Below are positions 22,531 through 34,504 of a stretch of 61,805 nucleotides of DNA, in pieces. The DNA comes from a virus (lineage: Duplodnaviria > Caudoviricetes): positions 1 to 61,805 of IMG/VR virus record IMGVR_UViG_3300024999_000107; one strand, written 5' to 3'. How positions within the stretch are numbered: the first letter of the stretch is position 1; each line of letters opens with the position of its first letter. The notes beneath the pieces were generated by a model. The model ran no database searches and was not told where the DNA came from. It was given only the letters and a program-made list of their open reading frames with translations. Made by a program: the position numbers and the translations under genes.

Positions 22531-23683
22531 GAAATCAGTGGTACAAATGGCATACCATATTATTACTATGGATCAAGAAATTATTTCCCTGAATGCAGAG
22601 GTTAAAGAGTTAAGGGAATATAAAAGGATTAGACAAGATCAAGATGCTCAGTATGTCGAGGACAGTTTAAATGGATTGGGAGATTTAGTCAATGCAATTA
22701 ATAATCGACAAATTATAGGCAGATAAATTTATTCTTTTAATTGATTTTAGAAAGGGAGTGTATTTAAAAATGTATAGAGTAATATTTTATAGTGTAAATA
22801 ATGGGTGGAATTTAAGTGATAATTTTATCGATATTGAGAAAGCAAGAGAATATAAGGATAGATTAATTAAAGCTTATTATCAAGAAGATAAAATACACAT
22901 TGTTACGATTGTAGAGTAGAATTAAAAATATGAAAGAAGGAATTAATTATGGGTTATCAAGAAAGTTTTATATTTACTAGTGCAAAAGATATTGTTAAAA
23001 ACAACAGCGATGTAGGGATAATTGTAAATCTTTTCAAAGATCATGATGTTAGAACACATGATGATGGATTAGCCAATTGTGTAGCCAAAATTACCTTTCT
23101 CAAAAAATTAGGTCAGTTTAAAGAAGGACAACAAGTTTTATGGATTACTGGTGAAAGAAGTTCTCAAAGACATTCAGCAAGACTATTTGAATTTGAGGAT
23201 TATAACGAATTGAGAGAAAGTATAGATTATAATAAAGATGAAAAGAAATTAATTAATTCAATCGAAGTAGTTTTTATTGATAATATTTCTTCTTATCTTC
23301 CTAAAATTACACGCGACAGCAAATATGTAACTATAGAGGATTTAAAGATTGAAGCGGAACGACCACCAAATTACGATATTGTAGAAAAATTATTTACTCT
23401 AATCAAACCTAATCAAATTGAAAACGATTATAGTGGATTCGTTTTTGGACTTGACTCATTTAATGAACTTGATGAAATAATTAGAAAATCATGCGTAGAA
23501 TTAGAATTACCATTAGTTGTAGATGAATCTACACATGAACATTTGAATGTGCCATACTATAATTATTCTATTAACAAGTGTAGTTTTGCTAGTTACCATG
23601 ACACACCACATTTAGATAAAGTGGGTTCTTGGAATATAGATATGACACCGCAAAATATGAGAAAGATTGCTAGAGTAATTTAA
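22523..23683 (+). CDS. Hypothetical proteins (22523-22726; 22949-23683)
   Basis: ORFs with RBSs. Confidence 0.65.
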
Positions 23684-23717
23684 AAAGAAAATTGTTCAAT
23701 CAATACTTACAAATGCA

Positions 23718-23765
23718 AATATAAATATTGTAATATTCTTTATAGTGTGTTACAATATTTATATT
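23718..23765 (+). promoter_or_regulatory. Promoter embedded in a perfect 16-bp inverted repeat
   Basis: AATATAAATATTGTAA-16 nt-TTACAATATTTATATT; TTGTAA-17-TACAAT with TG extension. Confidence 0.65.
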
Positions 23766-23787
23766 AATAGTTAGGAGGTATTTACAT

Positions 23788-24258
23788 ATGAATATATTTG
23801 TCTTAGACTTAGACATCAAGAAATGTGCTGAATATCATTGCGATAAGCATGTTGTAAAAATGCTCTTGGAGGCATCGCAAATTTTATGCAGTGCTTTCTA
23901 TTACACAAATGAATCTCATAAATCACCATATAAACTTGCACACAAAAATCATCCTTGTACTGTATGGGCAAGAGAAAGTCTATCTAATTGGTTATGGCTT
24001 AGAGATTTAGGATTAGCTTTGTATGATGAATATAAGAAGAGGTACAACGATAAAGATCATAAGTCAGGAGATGTTATATTAGCTCTAGATGCTCCAAATT
24101 TGACTGATAAGGGTTTAACTCCATTCACTCAAGCAATGCCCTTAGAATACAGAAATGAAGATACTGTGAAGGCATATAGGAATTATTATAAGGGTGAAAA
24201 ATTTGACATTTTGAAGTATAATAATTGTGAGTGGCCTGAGTGGTTAAAAGTTGGTTAA
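23788..24258 (+). CDS. Pyrimidine-dimer DNA glycosylase (DenV-like family)
   Basis: MNIFVLD...HCDKHVVKMLLEASQIL...HKNHPCTVWARES...AYRNYY. Confidence 0.75.
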   Translation: MNIFVLDLDIKKCAEYHCDKHVVKMLLEASQILCSAFYYTNESHKSPYKLAHKNHPCTVWARESLSNWLWLRDLGLALYDEYKKRYNDKDHKSGDVILALDAPNLTDKGLTPFTQAMPLEYRNEDTVKAYRNYYKGEKFDILKYNNCEWPEWLKVG

Positions 24259-24298
24259 GAAATAAGGCAAAAACCATTGCGTGAAAGGAGAGTAAATT

Positions 24299-24906
24299 AT
24301 GATTATTAGTTTTGAAAAGATAGTTGAAAGATTTATATCTGCATATGGAATAAGAGCAGTAGTTTTAAATACTAAATTTATCAATGAAAGCGAGTGTCAT
24401 TTGTCTTTACGAGGTGGATTTACAACATCTATAAAGATAATTGAAGATAAGTTATATAAAGATAATGTATTATATTGCAAAGTTGATGATTTGTTTGGTT
24501 AGATGTCCTAGAAAAGTGTGGTTTGCTAGGATTATAAAAAGGAGTGAGTTATATGAAATTTATTGCTAATGTTTTAGTAAAAATCGAAGTCGAAGCAGAT
24601 ACAGAAGAATTTGCAAGAAAACTATTAGAAGAAGAACGTGCCCAAATGCATATTGGATGCAGAGGCTGTCATGTGGATCATGGTAGTTATTTCTTAAAAT
24701 CAATAGGTCAGAGAGTTATGAATATTCAAAAGGATAATGTTCAATTTGTGTTAAAATCAAGGGATTCCGAATCGTATTTAAAATCAAGTGAACATGGAAT
24801 CAATTCCTATACGGATGATATTAATTTGGCCTTTGTATGGAAATGTAATACCAGTATTAGTGAATTAAAAATTGATGAGGAAATGTACGAAATAATTAAG
24901 ATTTAG
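24299..24906 (+). CDS. Hypothetical proteins (24299-24502; ~24553-24906)
   Basis: ORFs with RBSs. Confidence 0.6.
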
Positions 24907-25261
24907 AGGAGCAAATAAATGAAAAAGATAAAAGAAAAACTTCAAATTATTATGTGTTCCAAACGACAAAATATTTATTTTTATATATTTGCAATATCTT
25001 TTTTAGTTTTAATAATTGAGTTGTTATTTTTTTATCATTTAAATAGAAACATGTTGAAATTTAGCATAAAAGGAGTTGAGACAACTTGGCAAACAACAAT
25101 ATTAACCTCAGAATTATTACAGAAAATCTGATGTTCGGACATATCAAAAATCATCAAGAATTTGAAGAATTGATTAAAGGCCAATGGGAATATAGAAAAA
25201 TAATAATGCGGATGGTTACAACAATACAGATTTAAATTATATAGAAATAACATTAAATAAT

Positions 25262-25828
25262 AAGGATATAACTATTTTACATATATTCAAAGATATTTTA
25301 AAATGCGATAGACCATTACAAAAAATTAAGGTTAAGCTTAATAATAAAGAATATAATCATATTAGGTTATGTATTACTAGTGTGCGTTTATCTCAAAGAC
25401 TTTTTGAACTTGGCTGTGGGAAAAACAAAACATTTAAGATTGAATTTCCAATATGGTTAGATGAATCTTTATATAATCATTTTATTAGAGGTGTTTTTGA
25501 CGGAGATGGTAGTATAAGTTTTTTAATTAGGGATAATAGCCCAGAATTTAATATCACTGGAACAGAGGAACTTTTGGCATATATTCAAAACATTTTAATG
25601 AAAGAATGTAATTTAAATAAGACAAAACTAACTAAAAAGAAAAATAGTAAAACAAATATTGTTGCTTTGAGATATAGTGGCACTGTAAACTTGATTAAAA
25701 TTAGAAGATGGTTGTATAAAGATGCAACAATTTATTTAGAAAGAAAATATAATAAATTTATGAAGGTAGAAATTAAAAAAGGGAAACGATATGAATATTT
25801 TAATAAGAGATTAAATGAAGAATTTTGA
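25262..25828 (+). pseudogene. 5'-truncated LAGLIDADG homing endonuclease
   Basis: HFIRGVFDGDGSI...LYKDATIYLERKY; the frame extends upstream of 25382 without a start. Confidence 0.75.
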
Positions 25829-25848
25829 AATATGAAGGAGGTAAATAG

Positions 25849-26526
25849 ATGATATATATAACCGGAGATACACACGGAAAAATGTCAAGATTCAATATGG
25901 ATAATTTCCCAATACAAAAAGAATTAACAAAAGATGATTGTATGATAATTTGTGGAGATTTTGGTTTGGTATGGGATAATTCAAAAGAAGAGAAATATTG
26001 GTTAAAGTGGTTAAATGATAAGAAATACACGACAATTTTTTGTGATGGAAATCATTCTAATCACGATATATTAGATTCTCTTCCAGTTTCAATGTGGAAT
26101 GGTGGTAAAGTACATTTTATCAATGATAGTGTTATTCATCTTATGCGTGGACAAATGTTTAATATCAACGGCAAAAAGATATTTACTTTTGGTGGAGCTG
26201 ATTCAATCGATAAGCAACATAGGATCGAAGGTAAATCATGGTGGAAAAGAGAAATGCCATCACATGCTGAATATGAAGAGGGGTTAGATAATTTAGAGAA
26301 GTGTAATTATAAAATCGATGTGATTATTTCTCATGATTGCTCTACGAGTGTTTTTGAGAAGTTAATGGCCGGATTGTGGGTAAAGAATTTAACTTCAATT
26401 AACAAGTATTTTGAAGTATTAGAAGAGAAATTGGAGTATAAGCAATGGTATTTTGGGCATTATCATGAAGATAGATGGATTGATGAGAAGCATAGGTTGA
26501 TTTACAATGGTATTGAAATGATTTAA
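25849..26526 (+). CDS. Calcineurin-like metallophosphoesterase
   Basis: GDTHG, GDFG, DGNH, SHD, GHYH motifs. Confidence 0.9.
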   Translation: MIYITGDTHGKMSRFNMDNFPIQKELTKDDCMIICGDFGLVWDNSKEEKYWLKWLNDKKYTTIFCDGNHSNHDILDSLPVSMWNGGKVHFINDSVIHLMRGQMFNINGKKIFTFGGADSIDKQHRIEGKSWWKREMPSHAEYEEGLDNLEKCNYKIDVIISHDCSTSVFEKLMAGLWVKNLTSINKYFEVLEEKLEYKQWYFGHYHEDRWIDEKHRLIYNGIEMI

Positions 26527-26542
26527 TAAATAATAGAGGAGG

Positions 26543-27072
26543 ATGATTAATGTGTCAATGCAAATGGATGTGCTTTTATACAATGATAAAAATGAGGTTG
26601 TAGTTGCCTATACACCTAATAAAGACTTTAAAAAAGGTAATGTAATAAGTATTAATGGTAAAGATAGTAAGGTTGTGGATATTGAGAAATATAGGGTTAT
26701 GAACGGTGGGGAGTTTGTGGTTTTGGGATTGAAGTGAATAGAATGATTTTTTAAAGGTAATTAGAAAGGAAGGTAAATAATATGTATTTTATTACTGGAA
26801 TTGAGAAATTGGATAAAGATTATGGTGTTAAAGGCTCAAGATGTTTTGGCTATAAGAAAACTTGGTTAGAAGCAGATCATTCTGTAAGAGGAAATTCGTG
26901 TGATATTAATGAAACAATTTATGATTATGCGGTTATTGAATATATTGAAAGTGGCATACACAATATTTGTAGAGCAAGATGGTTTTATAAGTTTGACTAT
27001 AATAATGGTATTTATGAGTCAATTAAAAAACCTGAAGAAGTTAAGGGATTATGTAATTTGAGTATTGGGTAA
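26543..27072 (+). CDS. Hypothetical proteins (26543-26737; 26782-27072)
   Basis: ORFs with RBSs. Confidence 0.65.
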
Positions 27073-27083
27073 AGAAATAATGC

Positions 27084-27113
27084 TTGACATGAATCAATAA
27101 ATAATGTTATAAT
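27084..27113 (+). promoter_or_regulatory. Consensus SigA promoter
   Basis: TTGACA-18-TATAAT with TG extension. Confidence 0.7.
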
Positions 27114-27242
27114 AAACACATGGTAAATAGAAATCTTACATAAGTTAAACGTTAAAAGGATGTGAAACAAAAACATGATGATAAGAGGTCATACATAAAT
27201 TAATTTTATTAATATTAACAATAAAATAAAATTAAGAGGAGA

Positions 27243-29294
27243 TTGATTAAGATGGAATTTAGAGAATTTAAAAAATTGTTTCAAGAAAACTTTAAACAAC
27301 TTTCAAAGGATGCTACTCATTTATTCGAGGTAAAAGTAGATGCTGAATATATGTGGAATTTGTATCTTGACAGCTTTCCATCAGGCACAAATGAAATCTT
27401 TAGAGGAAGGAGAGAATTTGATTGTAGTTGTTGTAGACATTTTATTAAAAATATCGGAAATGCAGTTTTTCTTAAAGACAATAAAATCACTACTATTTGG
27501 GACCTTGAAACTAACGATGCAACTTTCCAACCAGTAATTAATGCTTTGTCTGCATATATTGAATCTCAAATTGTTTCAGATATTTATGTTACAAAGGATA
27601 AAAAGATTGGAACAGACAAAAATTTTGAAAAGGGTGTAAATGGTAAAATAACTGAATGGCAACACTTTTATCTTGATCTACCGCAGAAATTTGTTAATAC
27701 CAGTGGAAAATCTGAAGGTGATATCAAAGGTGGTTTTAGGGATACAAGAAATGTATTCAAAAGATCATTAGAAGAAATCACTGAGGAAAGTTTACTGACT
27801 GTATTGGAACTTATTTCTCAAAATAGTCTGTATAAAGGGGAAGAGTGGAAAGCAGTATTGACTGAGTTTCTGAAATATAAAAAGCAATATGATAAACTTA
27901 AACAAGAGGACAGAGAAAATTATACTTGGGAACAATCGGTAAAAGTAGGTGGAGCAATGGGAAGAATTAAGAATCATTCGATTGGAACATTGCTTATCAA
28001 TATCAGCGAAGGTATGGATTTAGATTTAGCAGTTAAGAAATATGAAGCGATTGTGGCCCCCGAGAGTTATATGAGGCCAAAAGCGATATTTACCAAGAAA
28101 ATGCTAGAGGATGCTAAGAAAACATTGCAAGAACTTGGTTATATGGAATCATTAAGCAGAAGATTCGCTACGCTCGATGATATTACAGTGAATAACATTT
28201 TATTCTCTAATAAAGATTCAGCAAAAAGAATCAGTGGATTAGATGTATTCGATGAAATGTCTAGTAATATCCCCGTTAATCCTAAAAAGTTTTCAAAAGT
28301 TGAAGAAATTTCTATTGATAATTTTATTAAAGACATTTTGCCTACAGCAAAAGAGCTTGAAATATTCTTGGAAAACAAACATGCTAGTAATATGGTATCA
28401 TTGATTGCACCGGAAAACAAAGACTCAAAAACTATGTTCAGATGGGCCAATAATTTTTCATGGTCTTATTCTGGAAATATTACAGATAGTTCTATGAAAG
28501 AGAATGTAAAGGGCGCTGGTGGTAATGTAGAAGGAATTTTAAGATTTTCAATTCAATGGAATGATAATGAGTATGATGGCAACGATTTAGATGCTCATTG
28601 TTATGAACCTAGCGGTAATCTGATTTATTATAGTAGTAGTCATAATAGAGCAACGACTGGTCAATTAGATATTGATATCAGAAATCCAATCAAAGAAAAA
28701 CCTGCTGTTGAAAATATTACATGGACTAACAAAAGTAGAATGCAAGAAGGTATTTATAAATTCTTAGTTCATAACTTTTCTAATCGCGGTGGAAGGGGTG
28801 GTTTTAGAGCAGAAATAGAATTTGATGGTCAAATATTTTCTTTTGATTATGGTAAAGAATTAAGACAAGATGAAAAAGTTGTTGTTGCAGAAGTAACTTT
28901 TAATAGAAATACAGGATTTACTATTAAGGAAAAATTACCATCCAACGTATTATCAAAAGAAGTATGGGGATTAAAAACAAATCAATTTATTCCTGTTTCG
29001 GTAGTATGTCTATCTCCCAATTATTGGGATGAACAACATGGAATTGGAAATAAACATTTTATGTTCATGTTAAAGGGCTGTAACAATCCTGAACAACCAA
29101 ATGGTTTCTACGTTGAATTTTTAAAGCAAGATTTAGTGCCTCATAGAAAAGTTTTTGAGGCATTGGGAGCAAAAATGGCAGTAAAAGATATTGAAGATCA
29201 ACTTAGCGGAGTTGCATTCAGTTCTACTAAGAGAAATGAATTATTAGTCAAGGTCAAGGGAAATGTTGAGAGAATGGTTAAAATTAAATTCTAG
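27243..29294 (+). CDS. 683-aa phage protein with a YfaP/DUF2135-like C-terminal domain
   Basis: CSCCRHF N-terminal motif; LRFSIQW...DLDAHC...GQLDID...VENITW...VHNF. Confidence 0.7.
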   Translation: MIKMEFREFKKLFQENFKQLSKDATHLFEVKVDAEYMWNLYLDSFPSGTNEIFRGRREFDCSCCRHFIKNIGNAVFLKDNKITTIWDLETNDATFQPVINALSAYIESQIVSDIYVTKDKKIGTDKNFEKGVNGKITEWQHFYLDLPQKFVNTSGKSEGDIKGGFRDTRNVFKRSLEEITEESLLTVLELISQNSLYKGEEWKAVLTEFLKYKKQYDKLKQEDRENYTWEQSVKVGGAMGRIKNHSIGTLLINISEGMDLDLAVKKYEAIVAPESYMRPKAIFTKKMLEDAKKTLQELGYMESLSRRFATLDDITVNNILFSNKDSAKRISGLDVFDEMSSNIPVNPKKFSKVEEISIDNFIKDILPTAKELEIFLENKHASNMVSLIAPENKDSKTMFRWANNFSWSYSGNITDSSMKENVKGAGGNVEGILRFSIQWNDNEYDGNDLDAHCYEPSGNLIYYSSSHNRATTGQLDIDIRNPIKEKPAVENITWTNKSRMQEGIYKFLVHNFSNRGGRGGFRAEIEFDGQIFSFDYGKELRQDEKVVVAEVTFNRNTGFTIKEKLPSNVLSKEVWGLKTNQFIPVSVVCLSPNYWDEQHGIGNKHFMFMLKGCNNPEQPNGFYVEFLKQDLVPHRKVFEALGAKMAVKDIEDQLSGVAFSSTKRNELLVKVKGNVERMVKIKF

Positions 29295-29331
29295 AATAAA
29301 TATAAAGAATAAAAAGGAGTGTGTATTTATT

Positions 29332-29727
29332 ATGACAAATGTTAATGGAAAAAATATCTTCGAGGTAGCTACCCGTAACGGTTTTAGGTTTAATTTCAAA
29401 GGTATGATTAGCGTTGAGGATCTTTGGGCGTTAAATACTAAGGATTTAGATTCAGTTTTTAAGGTTTTAAATTCTCAACTTAAACAAGCAAACGAAGAGA
29501 GCCTTTTAGATGTAAAAACTAAACAAGACGAAGAATTGGACACAAAGATTGAAATCGTTAAATATATCGTTAAGGTTAAACAGGAAGAAGAAAACCTAAG
29601 ACTTAAAGTAAAAGAGCAAAAAGAAAAGAAACAAAAAATCATGGAAATTCTATCAGCAAAACAAGAATCTAATTTGCAAAACATGTCCGAAGATGAACTT
29701 AAAAAGATGCTTAGTGAGTTAGAATAG
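29332..29727 (+). CDS. Coiled-coil partner protein of the 683-aa gene
   Basis: RBS AAGGAG then ATG at 29332; IFEVATR...KGMISVEDLW. Confidence 0.75.
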   Translation: MTNVNGKNIFEVATRNGFRFNFKGMISVEDLWALNTKDLDSVFKVLNSQLKQANEESLLDVKTKQDEELDTKIEIVKYIVKVKQEEENLRLKVKEQKEKKQKIMEILSAKQESNLQNMSEDELKKMLSELE

Positions 29728-29747
29728 GTTAGATAAATAGTTAAAAA

Positions 29748-29778
29748 TAAGTAGGGAGATTTAAACTCTCCCTACTTA
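29748..29778 (+). terminator. Terminator-like hairpin closing the two-gene operon
   Basis: TAAGTAGGGAGA-tttaaac-TCTCCCTACTTA. Confidence 0.7.
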
Positions 29779-29816
29779 ATACATAATATAAAATATAGTT
29801 ATTAGGAGTGGAATAA

Positions 29817-31059
29817 ATGGAATTGACAGATGAAGAAATATTGCAATTACCAATGGAAGATAAATTAAAATTAGTCGCAGATCACATTAACAATATGACT
29901 GACGAAGAGTTTGAAAAAGAATGTGGGCATCTCTTCATTGAAGAAGGAAGTATAGAAAGTCCTTGGCATCCATCAAAACAAAATAGTTTTTACCTTTGTT
30001 GGTATTGTGGAAAAGATGGGAATGCTCATTTATGTACAGATGGAATGGGTAGAGGATTTTGTCCAGAATGTAGAGAAAGGGCAGAGAAAGAATTTTTAGA
30101 TTGGAAAAATCCTAAAGAAAGGGAGAGTTGGCAAGATGATTGAACAAATTATTTGTGAAACAGATGAAAACTATGAAAAACTTTCTGAAGAAAGAAAAAT
30201 AATATATCAAGATATTTGGAAGAAAGCTGCTTGCTGTCCTAAAAAATATGTTTTATCTGTAGATATTGCATCATCTAATAGTAAAGATTATTCGGTAGTG
30301 ACAAAATTTAATTATGAAGAATATGTAAAAGGTAATATGGTAGTAGAAAGTGTAGAGCATTTTTAAGCAAATAAATCAGGATTTTTATTGGATATTAGTA
30401 TAAAGAATAGGAGGGGATTGTTTTGATGATTAAGCAAGTTGTTAGTTTTAATCAGGATGAAATCAAAGATATATTAAATGACTATCTTTTAGATAAAGGT
30501 TTTAAGAACATCACTAGTATTAAAATTACAATTGGTGGCAATCCACATGATTTTATAACTGGAAATGGATACGTAGATACAAAACTTACAGTAGAAACAA
30601 CAAAAGATGAAATTATTTGAGGGAGGTAAATATGTTAGGAAATAATTTTGAAACAAATTATCCAATTGGATATTGGTTTACATTTGGTTATATTGTAAAA
30701 ACAATTGTAGATATTCGTAAAGATGAAAATGGTTACAATAAATATTTATTGAATGACGATCAATGGGGGTAACGGGTAGATATATTACATTTTGTAGTGA
30801 TTAGGATATATTTTCTTGGGAAAATTCAAAGGAGGAATAATTTATGAATTATATTGAATTATTTATGAGACGTAATTTTATTGCTATAGATGAAAAATTT
30901 GCCATAAAAGGTTGTAAAAAGTATTCGGATATTGATAAATCATTCTATTTTGATAGTAATTATAATTTAAAAAGCAAACATATTAATAGAGAGCACAACA
31001 GTATATTTTTAAGATTATTATCTGGAATCTATTCAATTGTAGTAGATATAAAATCATAA
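29817..31059 (+). CDS. Small hypothetical proteins (29817-30143, 30136-30366, 30423-30620, 30844-31059)
   Basis: ORFs with RBSs; 30136-30366 has a VDIA...DYS segment like a terminase nuclease motif. Confidence 0.6.
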
Positions 31060-31122
31060 TACTTTCAAAATCAAATTTTAAAGGTTTTTGGAAATAATAT
31101 TTAGAAAGAAGGAAAATATAAA

Positions 31123-32098
31123 GTGGAAATATTAAAAAATTATCAAGTTCCAACAGGTAATATATTAATCGTTCAAGGAGATAAAGGAAAATTAGAGTGT
31201 TTGTCTCTTGGGGATTATAGAAAAGACATAAATCTTAATCAACACAAAAAAGTTGAACACACTCAATTGTTACCACTGGAAGAAAAATGGGTAATTACAA
31301 TATCAACTCAATATGGTTGTAATAGTGCCTGTCTATTTTGTGATGTGCCTAAAGTTGGCAAAGGAATTAATGCAACATATAATGATTTACTGAATCAGAT
31401 ATTATTAAGTTTAGAGTTGCATCCAGAAGTAACTAGTACAAAACGTCTTAATGTTCATTATGCTAGAATGGGAGAACCTACATGGAATCCTAATATAATA
31501 GAGTTTACGAAGAATATGCGAAAAGAATTATACCCATACATAAATAGATCATTAATTCATCCTGTAATTTCAACAATGTTGCCAAATAAAAATAAGAATC
31601 TTATTCCATTTATAAATGATTGGATGGAAATTAAGAATTATGATTTTAGAGGCGATGCAGGATTACAATTCTCCATTAATTCAACTGACAATGAAGAGAG
31701 AAATAAAATGTTTTCTGGAAATTCTTTAAGCATTGAAGAAATATCAAAAATTGGAAAATATCTTGATATGCCAAAAGGACGTAAAATTACATTGAATTTT
31801 GCAGTAGCGGATTATACAATTGACGCAGAAAAACTAAGAGATTTATTTGCTCCTAATAAATTTATTATTAAAATTACACCAATGCATAAAACAACAGAAG
31901 CATTGAAACATGGTATCCAAACAATAGGAGATTATACAGAATCATATCCCTATATTCACCACGAAGAAGCGTTGAAGAAAGTTGGGTTTGATGTATTGAC
32001 TTTTATTGCATCATGGGAAGAAGATGCAGGAAGAATTAACGTGTGGTAATGCAATTCTTAGTGGGACTGAGCCGATGGTTGAATTTAAAATGGTTTAG
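31123..32098 (+). CDS. RlmN/Cfr-like radical SAM protein, C-terminus frameshifted
   Basis: ISTQYGCNSACLFC (CxxxCxxC), RMGEP, LQFSINS; deleting one A at 32038-39 gives ...AGRITCGNAILSG...* ending at 32098. Confidence 0.8.
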
Positions 32099-32395
32099 AA
32101 TTTTTAAAAAAGGTTTAATTGATTACTCGAAAGAGTTATTTTCTGGGAAAGGAATTTAAGAATTTTATGATTAAAAGTCTTAGACTATATAGTAGTGAAA
32201 ATGATATTAATTGTTCAACTTGCAGAAGGTCTTTTAAGAACTATTATTCAGAAATAGGTTATATAATGATATGTATGATGCATGATGCATGATCATATCA
32301 TAAAAGATCATGAAGTTTGTATTGATTGGGAATGTTGGTTAGATAATTAGATATCTTAAATAAAAACAGATTTCAAATAGTTAGAAAAGAGTTGG

Positions 32396-32632
32396 ATGTA
32401 CATGAAAGAAACACCAAACTGTAAAATATGTAAACTAAAATGTTGTGGTTGTCAAAGTTATAATACTTGTTTGATGAGAAAAGAAGAAAATTGTCATCAA
32501 ATAGAAGATTGTACATACATGGCAAGTAAATATTATTTATTTACTGAGTATTTGAGTTATGATAAAGGTATGAATATGAAGTTATATAATTATGATGAAG
32601 TGTGTAAAAGTGCTGTTGAGACTTGGAATTAG
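32396..32632 (+). CDS. Cys-rich hypothetical protein
   Basis: 78-aa ORF. Confidence 0.55.
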   Translation: MYMKETPNCKICKLKCCGCQSYNTCLMRKEENCHQIEDCTYMASKYYLFTEYLSYDKGMNMKLYNYDEVCKSAVETWN

Positions 32633-32644
32633 GAGTGATTACAA

Positions 32645-33001
32645 ATGGATTTAAGAATGTATATATTAGTCAATGAAGATATAAAGATTAATAAAGGAAA
32701 ATTGGCTGGTCAAGTAGGTCATGCGGTAGCAGTATATTTCTATAATACAATGGATGATAAAAATAATCTATACGATTCAACTATTGAATTATATATGACG
32801 AATTATCAAAAGAAAATTATTTTGTATGCTCCGCAATCTAAATTAGAGGAATTAGAAGAGAATAAATATATTACAATTAGAGATAGAGGATGGACAGATT
32901 TAGAACCTAATACATTAACTTGTGTTAATATGGGCATTATTGATTATGATGATTTTCCAAAAGAGTTAAATTGGTTAAAGAATTTAAAATTATGCAGATA
33001 A
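32645..33001 (+). CDS. Peptidyl-tRNA hydrolase, Pth2 family
   Basis: KGKLAGQVGHA...KKIIL...IRDRGWTDLEPNTLTC. Confidence 0.88.
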   Translation: MDLRMYILVNEDIKINKGKLAGQVGHAVAVYFYNTMDDKNNLYDSTIELYMTNYQKKIILYAPQSKLEELEENKYITIRDRGWTDLEPNTLTCVNMGIIDYDDFPKELNWLKNLKLCR

Positions 33002-33058
33002 GTTATCAATTCCAAACAAAGAATAGATTTATTTGATAAGAAAGGAATATAATTTTAA

Positions 33059-33805
33059 ATGGGAGTAAAAATTCAATTAAAAAGTGGAGCAGTACATAAT
33101 TACCCTGATGCAAAATTAACTAAAGAATTTTTTGAAGATTGGTTATTAAATAGTAAAACTTATTTTGATGCTTTAGAGAATGATGATACATGTGTTATTT
33201 ACAGAATTTCAGAAATAGAAAGTATTCAAATAGAAAAGTAAAAGGAGGAAATAAAATCATGTGTGAAAATAATAAAGGACATAAACATGTCATAATTAAC
33301 ATTCTACCTCAAAGTCCAGTTGCTTGGTTTTTTATAATGTGGATTGGTATATTTTTTGCTTGTGCAGGGGGAGGAAAATAATCATGGACTTAGCAGATGT
33401 AATTAAAAATTGTAAAGATAGGGAAGTATATAAAGCTACTTTCGCTATTGATGAGTATTGGTATATTACTAAAATTTCTGAATGTTTTTGGTATTGCGAT
33501 GAATATGGCAAAGGATTTGAAGATATATCAGCAGTGCCTTTGACTTATAGTAATTTGAGAGCAGAGTATGAAAAAGTTTAGAAAGGAACTTAATAATTAT
33601 GTTAAAATTTGAGGAAATGTTTCTCAAAGGGATACTAAAATATAATGAGGAACATAGAAATATTCCAGACCAATATTCTATAATGAAAGAGTGGGAAAGT
33701 TTCCTAGAAGAGTCTAGACGTTTCTTAGAGAAAACAAAAAATAGAAAACCAATAGTTGATTTTAAAGTCAGAGATGAATTAAAATTAAAATATGACAAAT
33801 TGTGA
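33059..33805 (+). CDS. Small hypothetical proteins (33059-33241, ~33259-33381, ~33384-33581, 33599-33805)
   Basis: ORFs with RBSs. Confidence 0.55.
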
Positions 33806-33827
33806 TCAAATGAGGTGATATAATCAC

Positions 33828-34409
33828 ATGATCGAATCAATACTCCTCTCATTCTTAATCTCTAAATCTAAAATCCATATAGAATTAGGGAAATTAAAAT
33901 TCCAAAAAGAATCATACAAACTGACTCCTATATTCAAACATTGGAGTATTTACCCCATGATTATTATGTCAATCTTCTATATCTATTTAGAATACTCAAC
34001 ATGGAACAATGATTACTCCTTGCTACAATACTCTAATATCTTCAGAATGGCATTTCTAAGCTCTTTTCTAGTCTTAGCAATACATTACAACCAAACAATG
34101 AAATTACTTCAAGGAATCATATTTATGTCGATTGGAACAGTTCTGAATAATATTGCTATCAAAGTAAATTCAAATCATATGCCGATATTCCCTTCCATTA
34201 CATTTTCTACTGGAGTTACAAATCCAGATAAATTCCTTGATTCATCAATGTATGGAGATTTTCATGTCATAGGGGATTATACAACAAAATTAATACCACT
34301 TTGCGATTTTATGGACAATGGAATAAGTACGTATAGTATCGGAGATATATTTATATTTTCTTTTGCATTTATTCTAATTTATGGTTCTGTTAAAGCATCT
34401 AATATTTAA
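33828..34409 (+). CDS. DUF5317-family membrane protein
   Basis: GTVLNNIAIKVNSNHMPIFPS...HVIG...TKLIPLCD...SIGD; multi-TM. Confidence 0.75.
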   Translation: MIESILLSFLISKSKIHIELGKLKFQKESYKLTPIFKHWSIYPMIIMSIFYIYLEYSTWNNDYSLLQYSNIFRMAFLSSFLVLAIHYNQTMKLLQGIIFMSIGTVLNNIAIKVNSNHMPIFPSITFSTGVTNPDKFLDSSMYGDFHVIGDYTTKLIPLCDFMDNGISTYSIGDIFIFSFAFILIYGSVKASNI

Positions 34410-34438
34410 CAAAAATAAAAATAATTTATAGCATGGAC

Positions 34439-34467
34439 TTGTAAACCACTTGACTTTCTGTTATAAT
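34439..34467 (+). promoter_or_regulatory. Promoter for receptor-agrD
   Basis: TTGTAA-17-TATAAT with TG extension. Confidence 0.6.
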
Positions 34468-34504
34468 TATCTAAAGATTATAAATAAAAGATAGAGAAAG
34501 AGAG

